A stretch of 64,000 nucleotides of DNA from Nanobdellota archaeon (GTDB taxonomy: Archaea > Nanobdellota > Nanobdellia > Woesearchaeales > UBA10107), in assembly GCA_042571125.1 (NCBI GenBank), contig JBHPFU010000002.1, positions 109,878 to 173,877 on the forward strand, written 5' to 3'. The first letter of the stretch is position 1, and every line of letters begins with the position of its first letter. The translations under genes and the position numbers were made by a program. Shown piece after piece: positions 28,853 to 38,103 of the stretch. Under the pieces are notes generated by a model. It was not told where the DNA came from, did not search any database, and was given only the letters and a program-made list of their open reading frames with translations.

Positions 28853-29898
28853 TGGGCAAAAGACTAAGAAATCGTAGAAAGAAGAAGCATCATGCAAAAG
28901 CTAATGATAAATATTGGGGGATTTCAGAACCTGCTTTTGGACAAACTCTAGAAAGTATCCCCGGCATGAAATACTTTGTAGATTTATTTGAGAAAACACC
29001 ATTTGAAAAGCTTCCTAGTGCAGAGCAAATGGCAAACATAATCGCTCCAGCAGGTCCTCTCTCATATTCTGACCTGGAAGAGATGGCTAGATTTTTTGGA
29101 TACAGAATAGAATATTCTGAAAAGGACCATAACAGAAAAGTAATTAATCCTGGATACGCGTGCATATTCTCTTCATCAGATGAAAAGTACAGAGTTATTT
29201 ACTTGAATCCGCGTACAGATCCAGATAGGCAAAGACAAATATTAGGTCATGAGCTTGGACATCCTTTACTTTATACGTATTGTATGGCAAAAGATTTGAA
29301 AGCTTTTAGCTATGGTAAAGATTGCTATGATGATGAAGGTGATAAAACTTGTTGGCCAGCAGAACATTATCTGGATAAGTTAAGTCATAATCTTATTTTC
29401 CCGGATTCTATTCTGTCCGGATTAGATCTTACAGAAATTGATGCTAAAGGAGCGATGGAGATTGCTAAGGAATTTGGAGTTCCGATAGAAACTGTTGTTA
29501 CTCGTTTACACAGATTTACTAATAAAAACGGATTGGTAATCCTTGATTATTATGGGCATGTTGGTGGTTCTAGAGATAAGTATCATGTAAGTTATCAAGG
29601 ACTGCCTGTAAGCCACAGAGTTGATTTGAACCAACGTTCAACAAAACAGGGATTCAAAAGATGGAGAGAAGGATTGAATGGGGAAAGAACAAAGGTTGAA
29701 GCAGAAGAAATACTAGACATAACAAAAAGCAATGGACCATTTAGAATAAGAACTCCTTGTAATTATCTTTCATTTCATTCTACGCACAGACAGTATAAAT
29801 CCAAAACATGGTATAGGGGGGATATTAAAAATCCAAGAAGAATTCTTGTAAGCTTTCCTGTTAACGGAGGTAAAGCCGTTCCATTATCACTGGATTAA
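28852..29898 (+). CDS. ImmA/IrrE-family (COG2856, M78-like) zinc metallopeptidase with a roughly 120-aa unknown C-terminal extension.
   Basis: TAATG overlap with the upstream gene. HEXXH context RQRQILGHELGHPLLYTY, plus the downstream helical segment MEIAKEFGVPIETVVTRLHRF typical of ImmA. Confidence 0.7.
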   Translation: MGKRLRNRRKKKHHAKANDKYWGISEPAFGQTLESIPGMKYFVDLFEKTPFEKLPSAEQMANIIAPAGPLSYSDLEEMARFFGYRIEYSEKDHNRKVINPGYACIFSSSDEKYRVIYLNPRTDPDRQRQILGHELGHPLLYTYCMAKDLKAFSYGKDCYDDEGDKTCWPAEHYLDKLSHNLIFPDSILSGLDLTEIDAKGAMEIAKEFGVPIETVVTRLHRFTNKNGLVILDYYGHVGGSRDKYHVSYQGLPVSHRVDLNQRSTKQGFKRWREGLNGERTKVEAEEILDITKSNGPFRIRTPCNYLSFHSTHRQYKSKTWYRGDIKNPRRILVSFPVNGGKAVPLSLD

Positions 29899-30373
29899 TC
29901 GGTTTATCTGTTTCGTCTGTTTCTAGGTTTCCAATCTTTCTTAAAACATCTTCTCCTTTTATCACTTGACCAAAAACAGAATGTTTTCCATTCAGCCAAG
30001 ACGTTGGAACTAGGGTAATAAAGAATTGAGAACCGCCTGTATTCGGACCTCGGTTAGCCATAGAAAGAATTCCCATTTTATTATGTGTTAATTCTTCATG
30101 AAATTCGTCAGGAATTGTGTAACCAGGACCGCCAGTTCCATCTCCCACAGGATCTCCTCCCTGGATCATAAAGTTTCTTATAACTCTATGGAATGTTAAG
30201 TTATCGTAATATCCTTGTTTTGTTAGTGTTATGAAATTCTCTGTTGTTACCGGAGCTCTTTCCTGAAATAACTCTACTTCCATTGTTCCGTGATTTGTTT
30301 CAATAACCACAATAGTGTTTTTAGAACAACCTGCTAAAAGAAGTATCGCGAGTATTAAGATTAATCTTTTCAT
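29861..30373 (-). CDS. Cyclophilin-type peptidyl-prolyl cis-trans isomerase, secreted or lipoprotein.
   Basis: FHRVIRNFMIQGGDP. N-terminal LLAGCSKN lipobox. Confidence 0.85.
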   Translation of the reverse strand: MKRLILILAILLLAGCSKNTIVVIETNHGTMEVELFQERAPVTTENFITLTKQGYYDNLTFHRVIRNFMIQGGDPVGDGTGGPGYTIPDEFHEELTHNKMGILSMANRGPNTGGSQFFITLVPTSWLNGKHSVFGQVIKGEDVLRKIGNLETDETDKPINPVIMERLYLR

Positions 30374-30672
30374 TTTTTAATCTTGCCAAGAAGAAACATG
30401 AATATTATGAACAGACCGATTATTATTAGAAGTAGGCTTACATTTCTTAAGTAAGTGTATTGATAAATAACAAAGTTAACAAAACCTATCACAGCCAAGA
30501 ATAAACCTACAACCCAGTTGTTCTTTTCAAAATATTTCATGAATGCTGTATCCTTGAAAACAATCCCAACCCACATCCCAATGACTAAACTTAGTAGAAC
30601 TTGAATGAAAATAAGGTTTGGTTGATACATAAGATATCTTTTATATTGATAATATATAAATCTTTTCCTCAA
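30370..30672 (-). CDS. Small membrane protein (100 aa).
   Basis: Hydrophobic helices. Overlaps the cyclophilin start. Confidence 0.4.
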   Translation of the reverse strand: MRKRFIYYQYKRYLMYQPNLIFIQVLLSLVIGMWVGIVFKDTAFMKYFEKNNWVVGLFLAVIGFVNFVIYQYTYLRNVSLLLIIIGLFIIFMFLLGKIKK

Positions 30673-30685
30673 AAGCTTTATAAAT
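30671..30685 (+). promoter_or_regulatory. Archaeal BRE/TATA promoter (AAAAGC-TTTATAAA) for the nuclease gene at 30707.
   Basis: Consensus BRE plus an 8-bp TATA, 23-30 bp upstream of the ATG. Confidence 0.6.
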
Positions 30686-30706
30686 CGCTGATTTATTTTT
30701 TACTAT

Positions 30707-32068
30707 ATGATAAACGGTACTACTGTTTTAAATTATGTTAGATGTCCTAGACTCGTTTGGAACAAATTCTATGGCCCTTCTGAAGAAAAAACTGCGGTTC
30801 ATGAGTTTATGCAGAAAAAGATGGGGGAAGGTCTTGTTCTTGAAAAAGGTTACATCAAAAAATTGCCTCATGAATCTTTCAGTTTTACGAATTTGGAAGA
30901 CGGGTTTAAGAAAACTCTTGAGCTTATGAAAAAAGGAGCAAAAAGAATATATCATCCTGTTCTTATGTATGATGATTTTGTTGGAATTCCTGATCTAATT
31001 GAAAAAGTAAAGGGAAAATCAAGATTGGGGGAGTACTACTATGTTGCGGGAGATGTTAAAAGCACAATAAGACCAAAAGAAGAACAGGTTATGCAGGTAG
31101 TATTTTATAATCATCTGATAAGCAAAGTACAGAGATATCTTCCTCACCTTGGTTTTCTTGTTATGCGAGATGAAAACAGAGTTGATGTAAACATAACTGA
31201 TAATATTTCTAAGCTTAATAAAGACATTAAAATGATAAGAGAGATTTGCAACGGGATGGTTATTTCTCCAACAATTAATAGTCACTGTACATTCTGTCCA
31301 TGGAAAGACTATTGTTTTAATATTGCTCTTAATGATGGAGACATATCAATGATTAAGGGTCTTGGTTCTTCCGCTAAAAAGATATTAAACGAAATCGGCG
31401 CTCATAAAATAGAAGATGTTGCAAAACTTGACCCAGAAAAAACCCATTTTAAAGGATTTACTCCGGCAACAGTTCAGAAATGGAAACTTCAAGCAGAATC
31501 TTTAAGAGATGATAAGGTAATAAAGATAAAAAAGCATAGTTTCTCTTCTCGGTTGTATGAAGTTTACCTTGACTTAGAATCCCAGGATAATACTCAAGTA
31601 GTTTATCTTATTGGTTTATTAGTTAACGGCAAAGTAAAACAGTTCACTGCTCTAAAGCCAGAAGATGAGAAGAAAACTCTCCTGGAATTTGTTAAATATG
31701 TTATTTCACTAAAAGATTTTGTTATTTATCACTACGGAACATTTGAAAAGACTATGTTCAGAACTTTATTTAAGAAATATTCTGTAAATAAAGCAGAGGG
31801 CGATAAGATAATGTCAAATATGATTGATCTGCTTCCGATAATCAATTCTTCTGTTGTTCTTCCTTTGCACAGCTATTCCCTGAAAAGGATTGCTCGGTAC
31901 CTTGGCTTTAAATGGACAGATAAGAAAGCTGATGCTGCCGAATCTATGTACTGGTATGATCTATGGCTAAAAGATGGGGACCTTAAATGGTTAGAGTTAA
32001 GTACAAAGTATAATGAAGATGACTGTAAGGCTACTAAAATAATTAAAGAATGGCTTGAGAAACTTTAA
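30707..32068 (+). CDS. Cas4/RecB-family PD-(D/E)xK nuclease with 4 Cys, fused to a helix-hairpin-helix and a YprB-type RNase H-fold exonuclease domain (TM0106/COG2251-like).
   Basis: N-terminal Cys YVRCPRLVW, D..IPDLIE..GDVKS nuclease motifs, C-terminal Cys triad HCTFCPWKDYC. The C-terminal half has YLDLESQD, YHYGTFEK and HSYSLKRIARYLGF. Promoter AAAAGCTTTATAAAT 23 bp upstream. Confidence 0.65.
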   Translation: MINGTTVLNYVRCPRLVWNKFYGPSEEKTAVHEFMQKKMGEGLVLEKGYIKKLPHESFSFTNLEDGFKKTLELMKKGAKRIYHPVLMYDDFVGIPDLIEKVKGKSRLGEYYYVAGDVKSTIRPKEEQVMQVVFYNHLISKVQRYLPHLGFLVMRDENRVDVNITDNISKLNKDIKMIREICNGMVISPTINSHCTFCPWKDYCFNIALNDGDISMIKGLGSSAKKILNEIGAHKIEDVAKLDPEKTHFKGFTPATVQKWKLQAESLRDDKVIKIKKHSFSSRLYEVYLDLESQDNTQVVYLIGLLVNGKVKQFTALKPEDEKKTLLEFVKYVISLKDFVIYHYGTFEKTMFRTLFKKYSVNKAEGDKIMSNMIDLLPIINSSVVLPLHSYSLKRIARYLGFKWTDKKADAAESMYWYDLWLKDGDLKWLELSTKYNEDDCKATKIIKEWLEKL

Positions 32069-32253
32069 TGAATTATTTTATGAAGAAGCCAGAACAGACC
32101 CAGCATAAGCCCGCCTACAACTGATAGCAATCCCAGGTAGAATATAAACGGAGAACTTGCTGTTTGCCCGATTAATAAAAGAAAAGCTCCTCCTGCAAAT
32201 AACCAAACAAGAACAGGTATCTTCTTCCAATCGAATTTCTTTGGCATGAGCAT
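32065..32253 (-). CDS. Possible small membrane protein (62 aa).
   Basis: Two hydrophobic helices. Low confidence that it is a real gene. Confidence 0.25.
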   Translation of the reverse strand: MLMPKKFDWKKIPVLVWLFAGGAFLLLIGQTASSPFIFYLGLLSVVGGLMLGLFWLLHKIIH

Positions 32254-32390
32254 TATTAAGTATGAAACTTATATAAATTTTCCTACCAAAACCTTTATAA
32301 ACCACCTACATACTCAATATATCATCAAGAGATGATCTGGTTACGGCTTGGTCATGCTTAAGATGAGCTATTCTCTTGATTATAAATAAA

Positions 32391-32846
32391 ATGGCACGAA
32401 AATATTCCAGAGACAAAGGACAAGCAGGTTCAACAAAACCTAGCAAACCTTCAAAACCTACTTGGATTAGATATAAGGCGGAAGAAGTTGAAGCAATAAT
32501 TGCTAAGCTAGCTAAAGAAGGAAAATCTGCTTCAAAAATAGGAATTCACTTAAGAGATAATTTCGGAATCCCTGATGTAAAAACCATAACAGAAAAGAAA
32601 ATATCTAAAATTCTAAAAGAAAAGAATATCTCTCCGAAATTACCTGAAGACTTATCATCTTTACTTAAAAGAGTTATCCAAATACAAAAACATATTGAAA
32701 GAAATCACAAAGACCAAACTGCTAAAAGAGGTTTGAACTTAACAGAATCAAAAGTCAAAGCATTGCTTAAATACTACAAAGCTAAGAAAGTTCTTCCAGC
32801 AAGCTGGAAATATGATTCAAAGAACGTAGCATTGTTACTAAGATAG
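32391..32846 (+). CDS. rps15: Ribosomal protein S15 (uS15, S13e family).
   Basis: MARKYSRDKG..IHLRDNFGIPDVK matches the archaeal/eukaryotic S15 family. The track start at 32376 is probably an upstream extension. Confidence 0.85.
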   Translation: MARKYSRDKGQAGSTKPSKPSKPTWIRYKAEEVEAIIAKLAKEGKSASKIGIHLRDNFGIPDVKTITEKKISKILKEKNISPKLPEDLSSLLKRVIQIQKHIERNHKDQTAKRGLNLTESKVKALLKYYKAKKVLPASWKYDSKNVALLLR

Positions 32847-32853
32847 AATCCTG

Positions 32854-34227
32854 ATGACCAATTATGAGAAGTTTAGACAGCACATAGTGGGTGCTGTTAA
32901 AGAGTTTAATAAAATACCAAAGAATGAGAAGATTAGAGTTATTTCTCACTTAGATTCTGACGGAATAAATGCATGTGCAATAGCAATAAATGCATTAAGT
33001 TTAGAAAACAGACCTTACTCAATCTCAATTATCGAACAATTGGATGAAAAAATAATAGAGAAGTTATCAAAAGAAGATTACAATGTTTACTTGTTTTCGG
33101 ATATTGGTTCAGGACAACTTTCTATGATAAATAAGCACTTGGGCAACAAAAAAATAATCATCCTAGATCATCACACGCCAGACGGTTCAGAAATAAAGGA
33201 AAACACAATATATGTAAATCCTCACTTGCATGACATTGATGGCGGAATGGAAATAGCAGGTTCTGGTGTTGTATACTTATTCGCAAAAGAATTAAACCAA
33301 AAAAACAAGAAGCTGGCACATCTTGCAGTAATAGGTGCAATAGGTGATGTCCAAGATAAAAACGGTTTTGAAAAACTAAACTCTGAAATTCTAAACGAAG
33401 CTGTTGAACAGGGGTTAATAGAAGTCAAGAAAGGAATAAATCTTTACGGATCCCAGACAAGACCGATTCATAAAGCATTAGAATACTCTGAATTACTAGA
33501 TATGAATGAAAGCGAGGCAATCCAGTTTCTGAACAGCATTGGAATAAACTCAAGAACTGAAAAAGATTGGAAAAAAATGCCTGACCTAACAGGAGAAGAA
33601 ATAAAAACACTGGCAGCAGGAATAATAATGAAAAGAAAAGGTCAGGAAGACTCAGAAGATATATTTACAGACCAATATTTGATAACCGGAGAGGAGGACG
33701 GGACTCAGTTCAGAGATGCAAAAGAATTTTCAACATTATTAAACAGCTGTGGAAGATTAAACAAGGCCTCGATTGGAATTGGTGCGTGCCTTGGAGATAA
33801 AAAAGCAAGGAAAAAAGCATTAAGCAGTTCAAAAGATTACAAAAGACAGTTAGCAGGAGCATTGAATTGGTTTAGAGAAAATCCAGATATAATAAAAGGA
33901 GATAATTATATAATAATAAATGCAAAAGATAACATATTGCATACTATCGCAGGAACATTGGCTTCTATCATCTCAAAATCAGGAGACTATCCGGACAACA
34001 TGTTCATAATGTGTTTAGCAAGAAACAGAAATCAAGATAATTTTTCAAAAGTATCAATAAGAATGACAGGAAAACCAGAAATAGACATAAGCGAGGTTGC
34101 AAGAGAGATAGTAGCGATATCTGGAGGAGAGGCAGGAGGACATAAGTCTGCTGCAGGAGCAATAATCGAAGCAGAGAATGATGAAAAGTTCATAGAGGCT
34201 GCCAAAGAGGTTTTCAGCAAATACTAA
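32854..34227 (+). CDS. RecJ-like DHH/DHHA1 phosphoesterase (archaeal GAN/RecJ homologue).
   Basis: DHH motif ILDHHTPDGS. DHHA1 GGEAGGHKSAAGA. Confidence 0.8.
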   Translation: MTNYEKFRQHIVGAVKEFNKIPKNEKIRVISHLDSDGINACAIAINALSLENRPYSISIIEQLDEKIIEKLSKEDYNVYLFSDIGSGQLSMINKHLGNKKIIILDHHTPDGSEIKENTIYVNPHLHDIDGGMEIAGSGVVYLFAKELNQKNKKLAHLAVIGAIGDVQDKNGFEKLNSEILNEAVEQGLIEVKKGINLYGSQTRPIHKALEYSELLDMNESEAIQFLNSIGINSRTEKDWKKMPDLTGEEIKTLAAGIIMKRKGQEDSEDIFTDQYLITGEEDGTQFRDAKEFSTLLNSCGRLNKASIGIGACLGDKKARKKALSSSKDYKRQLAGALNWFRENPDIIKGDNYIIINAKDNILHTIAGTLASIISKSGDYPDNMFIMCLARNRNQDNFSKVSIRMTGKPEIDISEVAREIVAISGGEAGGHKSAAGAIIEAENDEKFIEAAKEVFSKY

Positions 34228-34259
34228 CCTTTTTAAAGTATTATTTAATAATATAGAAA

Positions 34260-36095
34260 ATGGCTAAAATCAAAACAAACGTCAAAAGCAATGCAGAAAA
34301 GATTGTTATAGATACTTCTGTAATAATTGAAGGTCTTGCTTCTATAAAAATTGAATCAGGAGATATTAAACCAAAAGAAATACTAATCCATGAAGCGGTT
34401 CTATCAGAATTAGAGAATCAGGCAAATTCTGGAAAAGAGATAGGATATATCGGCCTAGCAGAAGTAAAGAAGTTAAGAGCGATATCTAAAAAATATAAAT
34501 TCAAAATAACTTACACAGGAAAAAGACCTGAAGAATTTCAGATTAAAAGAGCAAAATCAGGAGAGATCGATGCTTTAATTCGTGCATTGGCATTCCAAGA
34601 AAAAGCTACACTATTAACCGCAGATAAAGTTCAGGCATTAGTTGCAGAAGCAAAAGGTGTTGATACAGTCTTAATTGAATTTGAATTCCCAGAGAGAAAA
34701 TTCGTTCTTGAATCTTTCTTTGACAAAACAACTATGTCTGTTCACATAAAAGAGAATACAAAAACAGTAGCTAAAAAAGGCATGCCTGGGGATTGGGAGT
34801 TCGCGGTTGTTGGAAAAAAAGAATCAACAAAAGATGAGATAGAAGACATGGTAAAAGATATTGTTGAAGAAGCTACAAGAAGACCTGACGGATTTATTGA
34901 AATAGAAAGAAGAGGTTCAACAATTATTCAATTGTCAAATTACAGAATCGTAATCACAAAACCTCCGTTTGCAGACGGCTGGGAAATCACGGCAGTAAGA
35001 CCCGTTAAAAGACTAAGCTTAGATGACTACAAGCTATCAGATAAATTAAAAGAAAGAATTGCTGAACAGGCAGACGGAATATTAATCGCAGGATCTCCAG
35101 GAATGGGTAAAACTACTTTTGCTCAAGGACTTGCAGAGTATTACTCAACAAAAGATAATATTGTAAAGACTATTGAAGCTCCAAGAGATTTGATATTGCC
35201 TGATGAAGTTACACAGTACTCAATAAGCCATGGTTCTCAGCAAGAAATTCACGATATTTTACTTTTAACAAGACCTGATTATACATTATTTGATGAGATG
35301 AGGAACACAGATGATTTTAGACTATTCTCAGACTTAAGATTGGCAGGAGTAGGTATGGTTGGGGTTATACACGCAACAAATCCTATTGATGCCATTCAAA
35401 GATTTATAGGAAGGATTGAACTTGGAGTTATTCCTCATGTTATTGATACTGTTGTTTTCATAAAAGATGGAGGAGTCAATAAAGTCCTAAATGTTCAGAT
35501 GCAGGTCAAGGTTCCTTCTGGAATGTCAGAAGCAGATCTTGCAAGACCTATCGTTATTGTGAGTGATTTTGAAACAGGCAAAGCAGAATTTGAGATATAC
35601 AGCTATGGAGAACAGACAGTTGTTATTCCTGTAGAGGCTGAAAAAGGAAGTCCTGCTAAAGAGCTTGCAAAGATAACAATTGCTAATGAACTTCAAAGAT
35701 ATTCTGACTTTGTTGAGGTGGACATGGTTTCTGAATACAAATGTATTGTTTATGTCCCAGATAAAGACATTGCAGGCATTATTGGTAGAGAAGGAAAAAG
35801 GATTCAAGAAATTGAAAGTAATTTGGGAATATCTATTGATGTAAGAGAACTAAAAGAACTTCCTAAAAACGGAACAAAGATTGATTTCTCACCAGAATTT
35901 TCAAATAAATTCTTGATCATAAGAGTAGATCCTAAATATTCAGAGCAAAATGTTGATGTATACATAAAAGATGACTACTTTGCTTCTATGAATGCAGGAA
36001 AAAACGGAGAGATAAGAGTCAAGAAAACAAATAAATTAGGAAAGGCATTGGCTAATTCCTTAAAGTATAATGAGAAGATAGAAATCTTTATTTAA
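34260..36095 (+). CDS. PINA-type ATPase (PIN domain, P-loop ATPase and C-terminal KH domain).
   Basis: PIN acidic N-terminus IVIDTSVII. Walker A GSPGMGKTTFA. KH motif IAGIIGREGKRIQEIE. Confidence 0.8.
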   Translation: MAKIKTNVKSNAEKIVIDTSVIIEGLASIKIESGDIKPKEILIHEAVLSELENQANSGKEIGYIGLAEVKKLRAISKKYKFKITYTGKRPEEFQIKRAKSGEIDALIRALAFQEKATLLTADKVQALVAEAKGVDTVLIEFEFPERKFVLESFFDKTTMSVHIKENTKTVAKKGMPGDWEFAVVGKKESTKDEIEDMVKDIVEEATRRPDGFIEIERRGSTIIQLSNYRIVITKPPFADGWEITAVRPVKRLSLDDYKLSDKLKERIAEQADGILIAGSPGMGKTTFAQGLAEYYSTKDNIVKTIEAPRDLILPDEVTQYSISHGSQQEIHDILLLTRPDYTLFDEMRNTDDFRLFSDLRLAGVGMVGVIHATNPIDAIQRFIGRIELGVIPHVIDTVVFIKDGGVNKVLNVQMQVKVPSGMSEADLARPIVIVSDFETGKAEFEIYSYGEQTVVIPVEAEKGSPAKELAKITIANELQRYSDFVEVDMVSEYKCIVYVPDKDIAGIIGREGKRIQEIESNLGISIDVRELKELPKNGTKIDFSPEFSNKFLIIRVDPKYSEQNVDVYIKDDYFASMNAGKNGEIRVKKTNKLGKALANSLKYNEKIEIFI

Positions 36096-36712
36096 TTCTG
36101 TTGGCCTAGACGATAACTATCGCATACTGGATGAACATGATCTATAACCGCAAACGTACTTAATTTTGGTCTTCCTTTTTCTACTGAACTTGCAAGTGTT
36201 GATGCTAACCTGCTCAACCCGCCATTACCATTAATAAACTTCGGGAGTTTATCAACAATTCCCCTCAACAAGATATATTGCTCAGGCATAACCGTTGCAG
36301 GACCGAATGAATCATGCAAAAGATCAAGTTTTTCATAATGAATTTGACTTTCTTTAGTTCTGTCTTTGTAAGAAGCAAGTCTATAACCTACTATTTCTTT
36401 AACACCTTTTTTTGATTCTATTGCATTTTGAGCTAAAAGAATTATGATTCCGTTTTTTCTATAAAAAACAACAGATTCGTTTGGTTTGTCAGAATATCTT
36501 ATTGCTTCCTCATCCTCATGATTATCAGTTAAGTGAGTGTAATCTCTTGTTGGGTTTAATTCTTCAAAAGTAAAAACCGCACTCTCAAAACTATTCTCAA
36601 AGTATTGTCTTAATTCGTCGCATCTTGGGTGGAATTTAGCTAGAACAATCTGCTCTCTCTTTGGAATCACTAAATCTTCTGCCTCTTTTTTTACGTCTGT
36701 ATCTAAACTCAA
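36092..36712 (-). CDS. Hypothetical protein (206 aa).
   Basis: ORF only. Confidence 0.4.
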   Translation of the reverse strand: MSLDTDVKKEAEDLVIPKREQIVLAKFHPRCDELRQYFENSFESAVFTFEELNPTRDYTHLTDNHEDEEAIRYSDKPNESVVFYRKNGIIILLAQNAIESKKGVKEIVGYRLASYKDRTKESQIHYEKLDLLHDSFGPATVMPEQYILLRGIVDKLPKFINGNGGLSRLASTLASSVEKGRPKLSTFAVIDHVHPVCDSYRLGQQN

Positions 36713-36785
36713 TGTAATCGCCAGTTGCCTTTTGGTAATTTTGTATTTTGCCTTATTTAAAGCTTTTCATTTTTAATATATAGAC

Positions 36786-36799
36786 AAAAGGTTTTTAAA
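36786..36799 (+). promoter_or_regulatory. BRE/TATA promoter for serS.
   Basis: AAAAGG-TTTTTAAA, 23 bp upstream of ATG 36822. Confidence 0.55.
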
Positions 36800-36821
36800 C
36801 TTAAACCTAAACATCTAACCC

Positions 36822-38099
36822 ATGTTAAGTATTGAGCTGTTCAGAGAAGACCCAAAGCTGATAAAGGACAACATAAAGAAAAAAGGATATACTGAACAAT
36901 TGAAGTGGGTAGACGAGATAATTAAACTTGATTCTGAGTGGAGAAAGGGTAAACAGAAGGCTGATAATCTAAGAGCTAAAAGAAATAACATAAGCAAAGA
37001 AATAAACGAAGCAAAAAAAGCCGGAAAGGATATTAAAAAAGTTCTTGCAGATGCTAAGAAAATCCCTGCAGAAATTGAAAAGATAGAAAAAACCCAGGTA
37101 AAAGCTCAAGAAAAGATAATCTCATATCTTCTAAGAATACCAAATATAATGCAAAAAGATGTTCCTAAGGGAAAAGATGATGCAGATAACCCTGAAGTAA
37201 AAAAATGGGGTAAGATAAAGAACTTTAAGTTTGATGTTAAAAATCATGTTGAGTTATTAGAGAAGTTAGATTTGGTTGACTTTGATGCTTCAGGAAGAGT
37301 ATCAGGAACTGGTTTCTACTATTTAAAGAAAGAATTAGGGTTATTGAACCAGGCATTAATAAGATTCGCACTTGATTTTATGGGAAAGCAAGGATATGAT
37401 TATGTCGAGCCGCCATTAATGTTAAACGGATCTGCAATCTATGCTTCAATGGACAAAGATGCAATAGAACAATCTGTTTATTCTGTAAAAGATGAAGATC
37501 TGAATCTAATCGGAACAAGTGAACAGTCATTATTAGCCATGCATGCTAATCAGCTTATTCCAGAACAAGAACTTCCTAAAAAATACTATTCATATTCAAT
37601 GTGTTTTAGAAAAGAGATTGGTTCTCACGGAATAAATGAGAAAGGTCTTTGGAGAACCCATCAGTTCAACAAGATTGAACAATTCACATTCTGTAAACCT
37701 GACCAATCTGAAAAAATATATGATGAACTCTTAAAAAATACTGAAAAATTAATGCAGTTACTGGATCTTCCTTATCGTGTTGTTGAGATGTGTACGGGAG
37801 ACCTTGCTGACTGGAAATATAAAAGCCATGACATTGAAGTTTACAGGCCTACAACAAATGCGTACGGAGAGGTTGCTTCATTATCAAACTGCACATCATA
37901 CCAGGCAAGAAAACTAAACATAAGATTTATTGATAAAAAAGGATGTAAAGATATCCTTCATACTCTAAACAATACAGCAATAGCGACTTCAAGGATATTA
38001 GTTGCAATAGTTGAGAATTATCAAAATATTGATGGATCTATAACAGTTCCAAAAGTTCTTGTACAATACATGAACGGATTAAAGAAAATACAAAGGTGA
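36822..38099 (+). CDS. serS: Seryl-tRNA synthetase.
   Basis: N-terminal coiled coil followed by a class II core (motif 2 YSMCFRKEIGSHG; motif 3 region near the C-terminus). 425 aa. TATA TTTTTAAA 23 bp upstream. Confidence 0.9.
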   Translation: MLSIELFREDPKLIKDNIKKKGYTEQLKWVDEIIKLDSEWRKGKQKADNLRAKRNNISKEINEAKKAGKDIKKVLADAKKIPAEIEKIEKTQVKAQEKIISYLLRIPNIMQKDVPKGKDDADNPEVKKWGKIKNFKFDVKNHVELLEKLDLVDFDASGRVSGTGFYYLKKELGLLNQALIRFALDFMGKQGYDYVEPPLMLNGSAIYASMDKDAIEQSVYSVKDEDLNLIGTSEQSLLAMHANQLIPEQELPKKYYSYSMCFRKEIGSHGINEKGLWRTHQFNKIEQFTFCKPDQSEKIYDELLKNTEKLMQLLDLPYRVVEMCTGDLADWKYKSHDIEVYRPTTNAYGEVASLSNCTSYQARKLNIRFIDKKGCKDILHTLNNTAIATSRILVAIVENYQNIDGSITVPKVLVQYMNGLKKIQR

Positions 38100-38103
38100 T
38101 AAA

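Noticed and set aside
23668-32068. An integrated mobile element at tRNA-Gln, with integrase or att repeats.
   Set aside because: No integrase or recombinase ORF is present. I could not find a duplicated tRNA 3'-end fragment downstream by eye. The idea stays a hypothesis inside the primase-operon finding.
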